A DNA stretch of 64,000 nt from Schmidtea polychroa (taxonomy: Eukaryota), in the NCBI GenBank assembly GCA_044892525.1, contig CM097885.1, forward strand, positions 43,030,001-43,094,000, in the 5' to 3' direction. A program made the position numbers and the translations under genes. Under the pieces are notes generated by a model, which saw only the letters and a list, made by a program, of their open reading frames with translations, was not told where the DNA came from and searched no databases. Below are positions 13,101 to 26,794 of the stretch, in pieces (position 1 is the stretch's first letter; each line of letters opens with the position of its first letter).

Positions 13101-13565
13101 TTTGCGTTTTTTCATATTTGCCTGTTTTACTACCCTTTCTAAACATTTTCTAATAATTTCTTGCTCACTGTCTTCTTCACCATCCCCTACTCTAACCCTC
13201 TCCCGTTTTCCAGCTTCAATTTCGATAACTTTTCAATTTATTCCCCTTTCTCAGGTTTGCGCATTTTCCCATTTCGTGTCTGATTGTACCCTTCTATAGT
13301 TCTTTTTTATCATATCTTTCTTTGCCATGGTTTCTCTGCTTGACCGCCATTCAATTTCGGTTTTCCTTTTAATCTGAACTATATAATTTAATATTTTACT
13401 TTTAAACCTCAACAGTTTGACCGATAAGAACACATGGAATCAAATTTGAGTATGAATCCTACAGAGATGCTTGATAAACCAACATTTATTTTTTCCATGA
13501 GCACTTTTTTTAATATTATTACAAAAAGATTTTCATGCAAAAATTCAGTTGTTTTCAGTCTGATA

Positions 13566-16075
13566 AGTAGGTAGATAGTAGCCCACTGCAACAATTACCC
13601 CCCCCCGGGGGGGGGGGGTTGTTGCAACTTTTTTTTTTTGCAACTTTTGATTACGCAATTTTTCAGACTATAGTGCGGGGGTCTCGATGGTCCTGGGATT
13701 TTCAATACAAAAAAATTTTTTTCTATACAAAAACGATGGTCCTGGGATTTTCAATACAAAAAATTTTTTTCTATACAAAAATCCGACTACCAATAAAAAA
13801 GCATGGAATTTTCAGACTATAGTGAGGGGGGTCTCCTTGGTCCTGAGAAATAGGTGGTCTACAATAAAAAAACGTGGTAATTTAAGGTCTCAGGATATTT
13901 TCAATACAAATAGGTGGTCTACACTAAAAAAGCCAAGGAATTTTTCAGACTATAGTGAGGGGGTCTCGATGGTCCTGGGATTTTCAATACAAAAATTTTT
14001 TTTCAATACAAAAAGCTGGTCTACACTAAAAAAGCCAAGGATTTTTCAGACTATAGTGAGGTGGGTCTCCTTGGTCCTGAGAAAAAGGCGGTCTACACTA
14101 AAAAACGTTGCAACTTTTGATTACGCAATTTTTCAGACTATAGTGAGGGGTTCTCGATGGTCCTGGGATTTTCAATACAAAAAATTTTTTTCTATACAAA
14201 AACGATGGTCCTGGGATTTTCAATACAAAAAAAATTTTTCTATACAAAAATCCGACTACCACTAAAAAAGCATAGAATTTTCAGACTATAGTGAGGGGGT
14301 CTCGATGGTCCTGGGATTTTCAATACAAAAAATTTTTTTCTATACAAAAATGATGGTCCTGGGATTTTCAATACAAAAAAAATTTTTCTATACAAAAATC
14401 CGACTACCACTAAAAAAGCATAGAATTTTCAGACTATAGTGAGGGGGTCTCGATGGTCCTGGGATTTTCAATACAAAAAAAAAATTTTTCAATACAAAAA
14501 CGATGGTCCTGGGATTTTCAATACAAAAAAAAATTTTTCAATACAAAAACGATGGTCCTGGGATTTTCAATACAAATAAAATTTTTTCAATACAAAAAGG
14601 CGGTCTCAATAAAAAAGCATGGAATTTTCACACTATAGTGAGGGGGTCTCGATGGTCCTGGGATTTTCAATACAAAAAATTTTTTTCTATACAAAAATCC
14701 TACTATCAATAAAAAAGCCAAGGATTTATCACACTATAGTGAGGTGAGTCTCCTTGGTCCTGAGAAATAGGTGGTCTACACTAAAAACGTGGTAAATTTT
14801 TCAATTAAAGTAAATAATGGTTCTAAAAAATTAAATTAAAGTAAATTATGGTCCTAAAAATTAAATAAAAGTAAATTATGGTTCTAAAAATTGAATTACA
14901 GTAAAGTATGGTCCAAAAAATTAAATTAAAGTAAATTATGGTCCAAATTTTTGAATTAAAGTAAATTATGGTTCTAAAAATTAAATTAAAAGTAAATTAT
15001 GGTTCTAGATTTTTCAAATTAAAGTAAATTATGGTCCAAAAAAATTAAATTACAGTAAATTATGGTTCTAAAAATTGAATTAAAGTAAATTAAGGTTCTA
15101 AATTTTTCAAATACAGTAAATTATGGTCTAAATTTTGAATTACAGTAAATTATGGTTCTAAAAATTAAATTAAAGTTAATTAAGGTCCAAATTTTAAAAT
15201 TAAGTAATCAATGGTAAAAAATTTTAAATAAGTAAATTAAAGTAATAATTTTTAAATTAAGTAATCAATGGTAAAAAATTTTAAATAAGTAAATTAAAGT
15301 AAGATTTTAAAATTTATTAACAAAAAGTTGAAGGTGTTTGAGAATTGAAATTTTTTAATGAAAATTTTTATGAAATATTTTTCAATGGTAATTTTTTATG
15401 GAAATTTTTATGGAATAATTTTTTAAGTTAATTTTTAATGGACATTTTTAAGAAATATTTTTCAATGATAATTTTAGATGGAAATTTTTAAGATAATTTT
15501 TATTGAAAATTTTTATGAAATATTTTTCAAAGACAAATTTTAATAATAATTCAACAACAAATCAACAACTTAGTACCAACAACCAGTAACTTACGAACAT
15601 GTATTACCAACCAGATACCTACAACCAGTTACCTGATACCAAGTACCAACAACCAAAAACATGCAACCAACTAGGTACCAAGTACTAACAACTAACTACC
15701 AAGTACATACAACCAACAACAACCAGGTACTAAGCATTATTAACCACCTACTAAGTACCAACAACCAGTAACTTACGAACATGTATTACCAACCAGATAC
15801 CTACAACTAGTTACCTGATACCAAGTACATACAACAATACAACCAACCAACTAGGTACCAAGTACTTACAACTAACTACCAAGTACATACAACCACCTAC
15901 CAATTAATTACCAACTACTAAGTACCTACCAAGTACCTACAACCACCTAACAAGTACTAACAACCAAAAACAAGCAACCAACTAGGTACCAAGTACTAAC
16001 AACTAGCTACAACTTACCAAGTACTTACAACTAGTTACTAACAACCAATTACCTGCTACCAAGTACTTACAACTA
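13566..16075 (+). repeat. Left TIR (about 2.5 kb) built of tandem sub-repeats
   Basis: Near-perfect reverse complement of about 21765-24228. Modules include GATGGTCCTGGGATTTTCAATACA, CAGACTATAGTGAGGGG, AAAGTAAATTATGGT and ACCAAGTAC. Confidence 0.92.
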
Positions 16076-19000
16076 ACTACCAAGTACATACAACCACCTA
16101 CCAATTAATTACCAACTAGTTTAAATTACATATCCTCTCCACTTATATTCCACCAATTCTCTATTTTTCACTAATTAATCACTAATATCCCCTCGATTTT
16201 CCACTATTTAATCATTTGTATCCCCTCAATTTTCCATTAATTATTCACTTATGACCCCCCACTCCGGATATTTAATCAATTATATTTCGCCGATTTTGAT
16301 TAATTATTCACTTCCCCACAAATATTTGTTTTAAAAGTTTTATTATTAAAGTGTTAATTTTTAGAAAATAGTTGCAATACATCCATTCTTATCAACCTTC
16401 ATCTTATCTATGCCCATTCAATGATCCATTAATGAATTATTCTACCAATTATTTTCACGCGTTTGAATCGAGTAATGAATAATTTCCTCACTTTAATGAA
16501 GATTCTTACCACCTTCATTGTTAATTTTATCAAAGTTTAAAGAATAATTGTCTTTTACATTGCTTACCACATTAGAATTTTTATCGAAATTTACGATAAT
16601 TTTACTGATTCAATGAAGAATGAGTCAATTAATATATACTCTGAGTTTATCCGACAAAATATTCTGTCCCCCTATGGGTACTGCTCACAAGGGTACTACT
16701 CACATTCAACATGTCGTAAGTGTATTAGTCGTAAAGGTATTTAATGCTTTTATTTGAATTATTATTTAGGCAAATTTGTATAAGGCATTCATTGATAATT
16801 TTTAGAGTTGATGGTTTTATTCAAGTAAATTTCTATCATTTTTATGAATTTCTATCATTTTTGTGAATTTCCATCATGAAAACGTGAATTTCTAATATTT
16901 TCATGAATTTCCGTAATTTTTTGTGGATATCTATCATTTTTATGAATTTCTATCATTTTTATGAATTTCTATTATTCTTGTGGATTTTTATCATTCTTGT
17001 GAATTTCTATTATTTTTGTAAATTTCTATTATTTTTGTGGATTTCTAACATTTTTGCAAATTTGATGTTTATTGAATGAATATTTAATAATTTAATGCTA
17101 ATTCTAAGATAAATTTAATTAATTTCTTGATAATTGGATGTATTTTTATTGACTTGTTTTTTAATTTTAAATAAAAATTATTTTCAATGAGGTTAATAAT
17201 TAGAGTTTTTACAATAATCAAGTGATAGGATAAATTTTGATGAGGATATTGAATAATTTTCTAAGAATTTCATGTTGACTGATTAAAAGTTTTAATGGTG
17301 ATAAATTTAATTGATAAATTTAATTAATTTCTTGATAATTAGTTGTATTTTATTGAATAGTTTTTAAATAAAAATTAATTTCATTGACAATTAGGTTAAT
17401 AATTAAGTGATAGAATAAATTTTTGATGATAACTTTGTAATATATTTGAATAAATAATTTTCTAAGAATAATTTTCTAAGAATATTTACACATTGATGCA
17501 CTTTAAAAAACATAAGCTAAGAAACCAGTTAACTTTATCAGGGACTTTAAATTTACGTGATAATTATTGTAGGATATACAGAAATTTAGTTTGCTGTTAT
17601 TGCTTGAAAATGATTGGTTGAATCGATGAAGAATTATGATCAATCAATATATATCATCTCCAGTATTTGATGGTAAATATTTGTAGAAAATATTGATTTT
17701 CAATGGAAGAATATTTGGTGTCTATAACAATTAAGTCATATTTTTGAAGTTCTTTAAAGATTTTAAGACTGAATTGAATTAAAGGAGGATTCAAGTGGGT
17801 AGAATTGAAGGATATATTCGGTTAGATGTTTAAAGGGGTAGAAATATTTGGTGAGAGATCGGTTAAGATGGGATATTGTTGGTTAAATTTAATGAGGGAT
17901 GGGTTAAGATGGGAATATATGATCTTTTGAAGGGATATAGTCGGTTAGATTTAATGAGAGATCAGATAAGGTGGGAATATATCATTGTAAGGAAGATATA
18001 GTCGATTGAATTTAATGAAGGATGGGTTAAGATGGGAATATAGTCGGTTAAATTTAATGAGACATGGGTTAAGATGGGAATATATGATTTTTTTAATGGT
18101 GATGTTGGTAAAATATCATTGTTTTAAGGGAAATGTCAATTAGTCAGTTATGTATCAATAATAATTATATCGTTTTATTAGGTTGTGATTAATCCATTGT
18201 ATATTAATTTAGATTTATGTTTTAGAACAATGTTTTATTAAATTTTCTATTAATTATCCAGGGTTTTATTACGTAGTGTTAATGACCGATTTACTTGGTT
18301 TTGACAATGAAATCTTTATAGATAATTGGGATTGACTTCAACTTTAATTTATTTTTATCTTTATTTAGACGGACAACGACAAAAGTTGAGAAATATGGAC
18401 TTAAAACATTGACTAAATAAAATTGATCTTTATTGGAAGAAATCTTGATTTTAATTAGTAATTAAATCGGTTGAATATTGGTAAAAATGATCATTTGAAG
18501 AAATATATTTTATTGAATGGATAAATTTAATCTTTCAATGGGACCTAGTCAGTTATATTGTAGTAATATTTATTTAAAATATCGAGTACAGTGATTAACA
18601 AAAAATTAATTATAACCAGTTTTATCATTAGATTTTATAAATTATTTAGGGTTAATGATTTTACATGTTTTATAGGGAAATATTCGTGATAATAGGAATT
18701 AAAGTTAGAATTATAGTCATTTAAAGGGGATTTTAAGGAATCTTATTAGTCTGAGGGGAATATATGATCCTTTACGGGTACTTATCATTAAAATATGAAT
18801 CTTTAAATATTGATATATTTAGGGGAAATGATGCTTTTTAGATGATTTTAATGAATTATTTGTAATAATATGAACTAAGGGTTGAAATATAGTCATTTAA
18901 GGGATTTTAAGGAATCTTGTTAGTCTGAGGAGAATATATGATCTTTAACAAGTATTTATCATTAAAATACCAATCTTTAAATATTGATATATTTAGGGGG

Positions 19001-20326
19001 AAAATGATGCTTTTTAGATGATTTTATTGGAGAATTCACTTGGATATACCAATTATTTAAATAAATTTACTGGTTTGTTAGACTTTATCATTAGCTATCA
19101 GTCTCTTTTGGAATTTAATGATAATTATTTTTATTGTAGATTGATGACTTTGATAATTGTAATGAATTTATACTGATTTTTTGAATATATTGAGAAATCA
19201 GTCAATCAATTTGAGTACATGTATTACTTTTACAAAAAATAATTAAATTTTATTTTATTTAAATTAATTTATTCAATCTAAATCAATTATCTACTAGATC
19301 TTATTTCAAAATTCTTATTAATTTATTATCTTAGTTGATTCATATTAACTTGAATGATCAATGACTAGAATTTAAAGTTCTTTCTTGTCTATTAATTATA
19401 TTTTTTTAATTTAGTATATTTTGAATAATTTAAATTTTTACAATAATTTAATCAATTTTTACCAAGTTATTGATGCCTTGAGTTCAAATATCTTAAAAGT
19501 GCCTTGAGTTCAATTAATTTTTCATCTAATTTTTTCAAGTGATGAGTATTTGCTTTTAAAGATCAATTTGTTAGTACATAGTTGTTGGTTGTAAGTAGTT
19601 GGTTGTTAGTACTTGGTACTTGGTAGCAGGTATCTGGTTGTAAGTATCTAGTTGTAGGTTGATATTTGTTAATTTCTCGATGGGTTTTGATGGTGGTTGT
19701 TAGTACATGGTTGTAAGTGTTTAGTATTTAGTTGTTTGAAACCTAGTGGTTAGCACATGGTAGCTAATTAATGAGTAGGTGGGGATTGAGAGTGATCAAT
19801 ACCCTTACGACCAGTACCCTTACGACTAGTACCCTTACGACCTGTACCCTTAGGGGGTCAAAACATCCTGTCGGATAAACTCAGAGTATATATAATAAAA
19901 CTGATCAACAATAAGTATTTATTGAATGCGATTTTTACATTGCAATAATAAGTTATCAATTAAAAGAAGAATGTTTTGTTAATTAGAATTCATTAGTCCT
20001 TCATTGTAATTTAAATTATTTTGAATTTCACGTGGGGATGAGTTGACAATTATTCATTTTTTGATGAAAATCAACATTTTTGTTAAATTTGAAAAGGTTT
20101 TTCTAATGATTGTAATTAAATATATTTTTGTAGATAGATAAAAAATTAATTTAAAAAGCATTTCATAAAATACAGTGAAGAATATTTAGTAGTTAGTTGT
20201 AAGTATCTGGTTGTTTGAGAGTTAGTTAGTACGTGGTATCATGTTGTAAGTATTTGTCAGTACCTAGTTAAAAATATTTAGTAACCGATTGTTGGTAACT
20301 GTTGAATTATTATTATTATTATTTTT

Positions 20327-20357
<31 letters not shown>

Positions 20358-21764
20358 TTATTATTCCATTAAAATTTCCATTAAAAATTAACTTAAAAAA
20401 TATTTCATAAAAATTTTCATTAAAAATTATCCTAAAAATTATTTCATAAAAATTTTCATTAAAAAATTTCAATTCTCAAACACCTTCTATTTTTTGTTAA
20501 TAAATTTAAAAATCTTAGTTTAATTTACTTATTACATTACTTATTTAAAAATTATTACTTTAATTTACTCATTTAGCTTTAATTTAAAATTTAAACCATT
20601 GTTTCCTTTAATTTAAAATTTTGAACCTTAATTTACTTATTTAAAATTTTTAACTTTAATTTACTTATCCTTATTTTGCCTATTTATCCTTTATTACTTA
20701 ATTTTACACCATAATTTACTAAACAACTAATTATAACCCTTATTTTCATATTTAACCAATAATTTCATGTGGTCATCTGGTTGTAAGTGTTTGGTATCTA
20801 GTTGACAGGGCTTAGTACTAGGTAAGTTACTTGGTTGTTAGTACTTGGTTGATAATACTTAGTACCTGGTTGATGTTGGTTGTATGTACTTGGTAGGTGG
20901 TAGTTAGTTGTTAGTACTTAGTAGCTAGTTAATGGGTAGGTGGTTGTTGGTACTTGGTAGGTGGTAGCTAGTTGGTTGTAGGTACTTGGTAGCAGGTAAC
21001 TGATTGTTAGTAACTAGTTGTAGGTATCTGGTTGTTGGCGGTTGTTAGTACTTGGTATCTGGTACCTAGTTGGTTGCTATCAGGTAACTAGTTGTTAGTA
21101 ACTAGTTGTAGGTATCTGGTTGTTAGTAACTAGTTGTAGGTATCTGGTTGTTAGTAACTAGTTGTAAGTACTTGGTATCAGGTAACTGGTTGGTTGTTAG
21201 TACTTAGTATTTAGTTGGTTGATAATGCTTAGTAACTGGTTGTTGACGGTTGAGTGCTTGGTAGGTGGTAGCTAGTTGGTTGATTGTTTTTGGTTGTTAG
21301 TACTTGGTAATTGGTTGTAGGTACTTGGTATCTGGTACCTAGTTGGTTGGTGATTTTTGGTTGATAGTACTTGGTATCTAGTTGTAAGTATTTGGTATCA
21401 GGTAACTGGTTGTTAGTATCTAGTTGTAGGTTGTAGGTACTTAGTAGTTGGTAATTAATGCTTAGTACCTGGTTGTTGTTGGTTGTTAGTACTTGGTAGT
21501 TAGTTATTAGTACTTGGTACCTAGTTGGTTGCATGTTTTTGGTTGTTGGTACTAGTTATCAGGTAACTGGTTGTAGGTATCTGGTTGTAGGTATCTGGTT
21601 GGTAATACATGTTCGTAAGTTACTGGTTGTTGGTAACTAGTTGTAGGTTGATAAGGCTTAGTACCTGGATGTTGACGGTTGTTAGTACGTGGTATCTAGT
21701 TGTAAGTACTTGGTAACTAGTTAATGGGTAGGTGGGGGTTGAGAGTTAGTTAGTACGTGGTATC

Positions 21765-24228
21765 TAGTTGTAAGTACTTGGTAGCAGGTAATTGGTTGTT
21801 AGTAACTAGTTGTAAGTACTTGGTAGGTTGTAGCTAGTTGTTAGTACTTGGTACCTAGTTGGTTGCTTGTTTTTGGTTGTTAGTACTTGTTAGGTGGTTG
21901 TAGGTACTTGGTAGGTACTTAGTAGTTGGTAATTAATTGGTAGGTGGTTGTATGTACTTGGTAGTTAGTTGTAAGTACTTGGTACCTAGTTGGTTGGTTG
22001 TTTTGTTGTATGTACTTGGTATCAGGTAACTAGTTGTAGGTATCTGGTTGGTAATACATATTCGTAAGTTACTGGTTGTTGGTACTTAGTAGGTGGTTAA
22101 TAATGCTTAGTACCTGGTTGTTGTTGGTTGTATGTACTTGGTAGTTAGTTGTTAGTACTTGGTACCTAGTTGGTTGCATGTTTTTGGTTGTTGGTACTTG
22201 GTATCAGGTAACTGGTTGTAGGTATCTGGTTGGTAATACATGTTCGTAAGTTACTGGTTGTTGGTACTAAGTTTTTGATTTGTTGTTGAATTATTATTAA
22301 AATTTGTCTTTGAAAAATATTTCATAAAAATTTTCAATAAAAATTATCTTAAAAATTTCCATCTAAAATTATCATTGAAAAATATTTCTTAAAAATGTCC
22401 ATTAAAAATTAACTTAAAAAATTATTCCATAAAAATTTCCATAAAAAATTACCATTGAAAAATATTTCATAAAAATTTACATTAAAAAATTTCAATTCTC
22501 AAACACCTTCAACTTTTTGTTAATAAATTTTAAAATCTTACTTTAATTTACTTATTTAAAATTTTTTACCATTGATTACTTAATTTAAAAATTATTACTT
22601 TAATTTACTTATTTAAAATTTTTTACCATTGATTACTTAATTTTAAAATTTGGACCTTAATTAACTTTAATTTAATTTTTAGAACCATAATTTACTGTAA
22701 TTTAATTTTTTTGGACCATAATTTACTTTAATTTGAAAAATTTAGAACCATAATTTACTTTTAATTTAATTTTTAGAACCATAATTTACTTTAATTCAAA
22801 TATTTGGACCATAATTTACTTTAATTTAATTTTTTGGACCATACTTTACTGTAATTCAATTTTTAGAACCATAATTTACTTTTATTTAATTTTTAGGACC
22901 ATAATTTACTTTAATTTAATTTTTTAGAACCATTATTTACTTTAATTGAAAAATTTACCACGTTTTTAGTGTAGACCACCTATTTCTCAGGACCAAGGAG
23001 ACTCACCTCACTATAGTGTGATAAATCCTTGGCTTTTTTATTGATAGTAGGATTTTTGTATAGAAAAAAATTTTTTGTATTGAAAATCCCAGGACCATCG
23101 AGACCCCCTTACTATAGTGTGAAAATTCCATGCTTTTTTATTGAGACCGCCTTTTTGTATTGAAAAAATTTTATTTGTATTGAAAATCCCAGGACCATCG
23201 TTTTTGTATTGAAAAATTTTTTTTTGTATTGAAAATCCCAGGACCATCGTTTTTGTATTGAAAATTTTTTTTTGTATTGAAAATCCCAGGACCATCGAGA
23301 CCCCCTCACTATAGTCTGAAAATTCTATGCTTTTTTAGTGGTAGTCGGATTTTTGTATAGAAAAATTTTTTTTGTATTGAAAATCCCAGGACCATCGTTT
23401 TTGTATAGAAAAAAATTTTTTGTATTGAAAATCCCAGGACCATCGAGACCCCCTCACTATAGTCTGAAAATTCTATGCTTTTTTAGTGGTAGTCGGATTT
23501 TTGTATAGAAAAATTTTTTTTGTATTGAAAATCCCAGGACCATCGTTTTTGTATAGAAAAAAATTTTTTGTATTGAAAATCCCAGGACCATCGAGACCCC
23601 CTCACTATAGTCTGAAAAATTGCGTAATCAAAAGTTGCAACGTTTTTTAGTGTAGACCGCCTTTTTCTCAGGACCAAGGAGACCCACCTCACTATAGTCT
23701 GAAAAATCCTTGGCTTTTTTAGTGTAGACCAGCTTTTTGTATTGAAAAAAATTTTTTGTATTGAAAATCCCAGGACCATCGAGACCCCCTCACTATAGTC
23801 TGAAAAATTCCTTGGCTTTTTTAGTGTAGACCACCTATTTGTATTGAAAATATCCTGAGACCTTAAATTACCACGTTTTTTTATTGTAGACCACCTATTT
23901 CTCAGGACCAAGGAGACCCCCCTCACTATAGTCTGAAAATTCCATGCTTTTTTATTGGTAGTCGGATTTTTGTATAGAAAAATATTTTTTGTATTGAAAA
24001 TCCCAGGACCATCGTTTTTGTATAGAAAAAATTTTTTTTTGTATTGAAAATCCCAGGACCATCGTTTTTGTATAGAAAAAAATTTTTTTGTATTGAAAAT
24101 CCCAGGACCATCGAGACCCCCGCACTATAGTCTGAAAAATTGCGTAATCAAAAGTTGCAAAAAAAAAAGTTGCAACAACCCCCCCCCCCGGGGGGGTAAT
24201 TGTTGCAGTGGGCTACTATCTACCTACT
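21765..24228 (-). repeat. Right TIR (about 2.5 kb)
   Basis: Reverse complement of 13566-16075 with whole-unit indels. Confidence 0.92.
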
Positions 24229-24367
24229 CTGATAGTGTGTACAGTTTGTACATAGCCGGAGAAAATAATTTTATAATGCATTAATTTGTTTTAAGAAGAA
24301 AATAACATCGATGAGTTGTGTAAATAAACAAATTTATTTATTAAAAATATAAAAACACGGCTGCAAT

Positions 24368-24943
24368 TTATTTTCCCACATGCAAAATGACGTCTTCAAT
24401 TTTTTCTTTTTTCTTTATATTATCTTCTTCCTCTATTTCATCAACATTTTCCTCTTCATTATCTGCATTTTCAGTAACATTTTCAAATTTCACACTTTCA
24501 TTTTTCGCATATTTAGACATGCTTTTAGGTTTTATTTCTTTTATCTCATCGTTGATTTTGACTTTCTTTTTAGATGGTTTTTCATCTGAACTTTCAGATT
24601 TTCCTTTTAATTTTTCTACAATGTTTTTCATGAGTTTTTTATGAATTCTCTTTTGTTTGCGTCTTTCATACTGAATAGATCCTCCAAATCCCCAGCCTAA
24701 TCTATTCATGTGGGCTCTAAATGTCATCGTAAACCACTGGCGTGGTTTAAGCAAAATCATATTAAATAGACAAATCCCAATTAATGGAACCAAAAATACA
24801 ATTAGAATTATTGTGATGGCATTTTCTAACCGCTCTAGATAATGGAGCGTTGAAAAAGGATCTTGTGAATATAATTTTTCATTCCAATGAAAAGCATCAT
24901 CAATTATTCGATCTTCTTCTGCTGTCCATCCAATTCCACTCAT
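24368..24943 (-). CDS. Probable terminal exon of a host single-pass membrane protein (TM segment plus charged cytoplasmic tail)
   Basis: Hydrophobic AITIILIVFLVPLIGICLFNMILL followed by a Lys/Glu-rich tail. TTTTTAG acceptor immediately before 24943, phase-compatible with the donor at 30664. Confidence 0.7.
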   Translation of the reverse strand: MSGIGWTAEEDRIIDDAFHWNEKLYSQDPFSTLHYLERLENAITIILIVFLVPLIGICLFNMILLKPRQWFTMTFRAHMNRLGWGFGGSIQYERRKQKRIHKKLMKNIVEKLKGKSESSDEKPSKKKVKINDEIKEIKPKSMSKYAKNESVKFENVTENADNEEENVDEIEEEDNIKKKEKIEDVILHVGK

Positions 24944-26794
24944 CTAAAAAATATAATTATATTTGTAACATTATAACTACTTCCATTGAAATGGGAAAAG
25001 TGTCATATTTGTCATATTTCCCGACAGTTAAATAATTAGTTAAAAATATAGACATTTACATATAGTCTGAGATTATCCGACAAAGTATTTTGACCCACTA
25101 GGGCCTGTGGGTACAGGTCACATTGGGAATGGTCGTACTCCATATATTTTTTGTATTTAGAGATGTTGTTTTGTTTAATTATTTATTTATTCAACTAATT
25201 TTTTAATTGTGGGAAATACGACAAAAGTACCGAAAAGTGTCAGTAATATTTGGTCAAGGAAATCGAGCGTAAAAACAAAAGAGAGAAAGATTTATTCAAA
25301 GAGAGACAAGAAATCCAAACCCACGATACCGTTTCGATTGTCGGCGAGGGGGATGTTAAATGGATTAAATTAATATTTAATTCATATATTTAAAAGTTTT
25401 TATTGTAAAGAATTCAAAATTAACATGATTTTAAATTGTTTCAATAATACATATTTATTGGAATATATATTTTGAACTATTTCTTATATTATAATTTTAT
25501 AGATACATAACAAGGCGTCACGAGCAAGACATGTGTGGTAGGTGAAGTAGTTGTGAAAATAAAAACTAAGTAATTAAATATTCTAGAATATTTGTTGATA
25601 ATTCAGAATCGATCAGACGCAGTGGCGGTCTATTACATTGAGGTTCTATTAGAAAATTAGAATCTCGTTAGAACTCGGAAACTATTTGTTCTATTAGATT
25701 AATAATTACAGTTTTGTGGAATCACTGTTTGAGAGATGATCAGCTAGTTTGGGTCGGTAATTAACGTGTTCGAATCCTGACATTTAGTGAATAATTAGGT
25801 AACAATGTACCGGTGAAAAGAAATTTAAGAAGCACAAAAAATTAAGGAGAAATTACAGTAACTCCAGAGAAATTATAGAAGCTCCGTACTAATTATTGTT
25901 TTATCTAAAACATTATGTCAGTAGTTTATCCTTGGTAAACTTACTCAATTCATTTAAAAATTTGGATAATGATTGATCCGGTGAATTAGTTAAATAAAAG
26001 AAAATAAGCTTTACTATTTTTGGGTTCTGTGTTGTGAAAGATACGCGTCGAGTCAGAAAACCAAATCCTTCTGTAACATTTATTAATTAAACCCAACAAT
26101 TGTTTTTAATATTTTTCAAAACTATAAAATCACAAAGACAATTAACCTATTTATAGTTCCTTATTTGGAACAAGTAGAAATAATTGCATATCTAACAAAA
26201 TATTTTCAAACGGTGACCAAGAATGAGCACAAATGATAATTTTAAACATTTTATTTTAGTTTAAAATGCATTTTTACAGATGTCATGGTTTTTCTTGAAG
26301 ATTTAATACTTTGTTTATAAATATTTTATCATATGCTATAAGTTGATTTCGAAAGAACTAAAAAAATATTTGGTACCAAATGGCATAATTTCATTTGAAA
26401 ATTTAAATATTATTTTTAATTTATTAACGTTTTATAAAATTTATATTATTTATTTTGATTACAAGAGATATTTTAAATATACATTTCAGGAAAAATTATA
26501 GGATTTCCATGTCCATCAGGACTGATGATTCTTTAATCATTGAGTGAGCCATTTACTAGACGAGTCACTTAATGTTTTATACATTATAAAGTTAAAGGTC
26601 AAGATAAATAGAATAAGAAATAGAATAAAAATGTAATTTAAATTAAGGTAATGTTATTTACAAAAGGTAAATTAATGTAACATATTTTAAGGAAACACGG
26701 TCGTCTGAGAAATTAAAGTAAATAGGTACGAACTACCAAGTACTTACAAACAAAGATCAACAACCAGATACTAACCACTAAGAAATAACACAAA

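Larger units (their letters stand above)
13566..24228. mobile_element. Non-autonomous Polinton/Maverick-like element (10.7 kb, no recognisable genes)
   Basis: Termini AGTAGGTAGATAG...CTATCTACCTACT, 6-bp TSD CTGATA (13560-13565 and 24229-24234), long TIRs. Confidence 0.85.

Noticed and set aside
12650..13420. Pyrimidine-rich stretch that may be a decayed retroelement ORF on the minus strand
   Set aside because: No diagnostic motif could be recognised.
13619..14712. ORFs such as MVLGFSIQK and their mirror copies at 23038-24111
   Set aside because: Translations of tandem repeats in several frames with no protein-like complexity.
13660..14790. Regularly spaced repeats resembling a CRISPR array
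   Set aside because: The intervening sequences are themselves repeated, there are no cas genes, and the context is eukaryotic. These are TIR sub-repeats.
21229..21534. 101-aa Thr/Asn/Gln-rich ORF
   Set aside because: Lies in strand-skewed simple repeats of the gene-less element.
23000..24135. CTCACTATAG resembling the T7 promoter core or vector contamination
   Set aside because: Lacks the TAATACGA half and is part of the repeat unit mirrored in the left arm.
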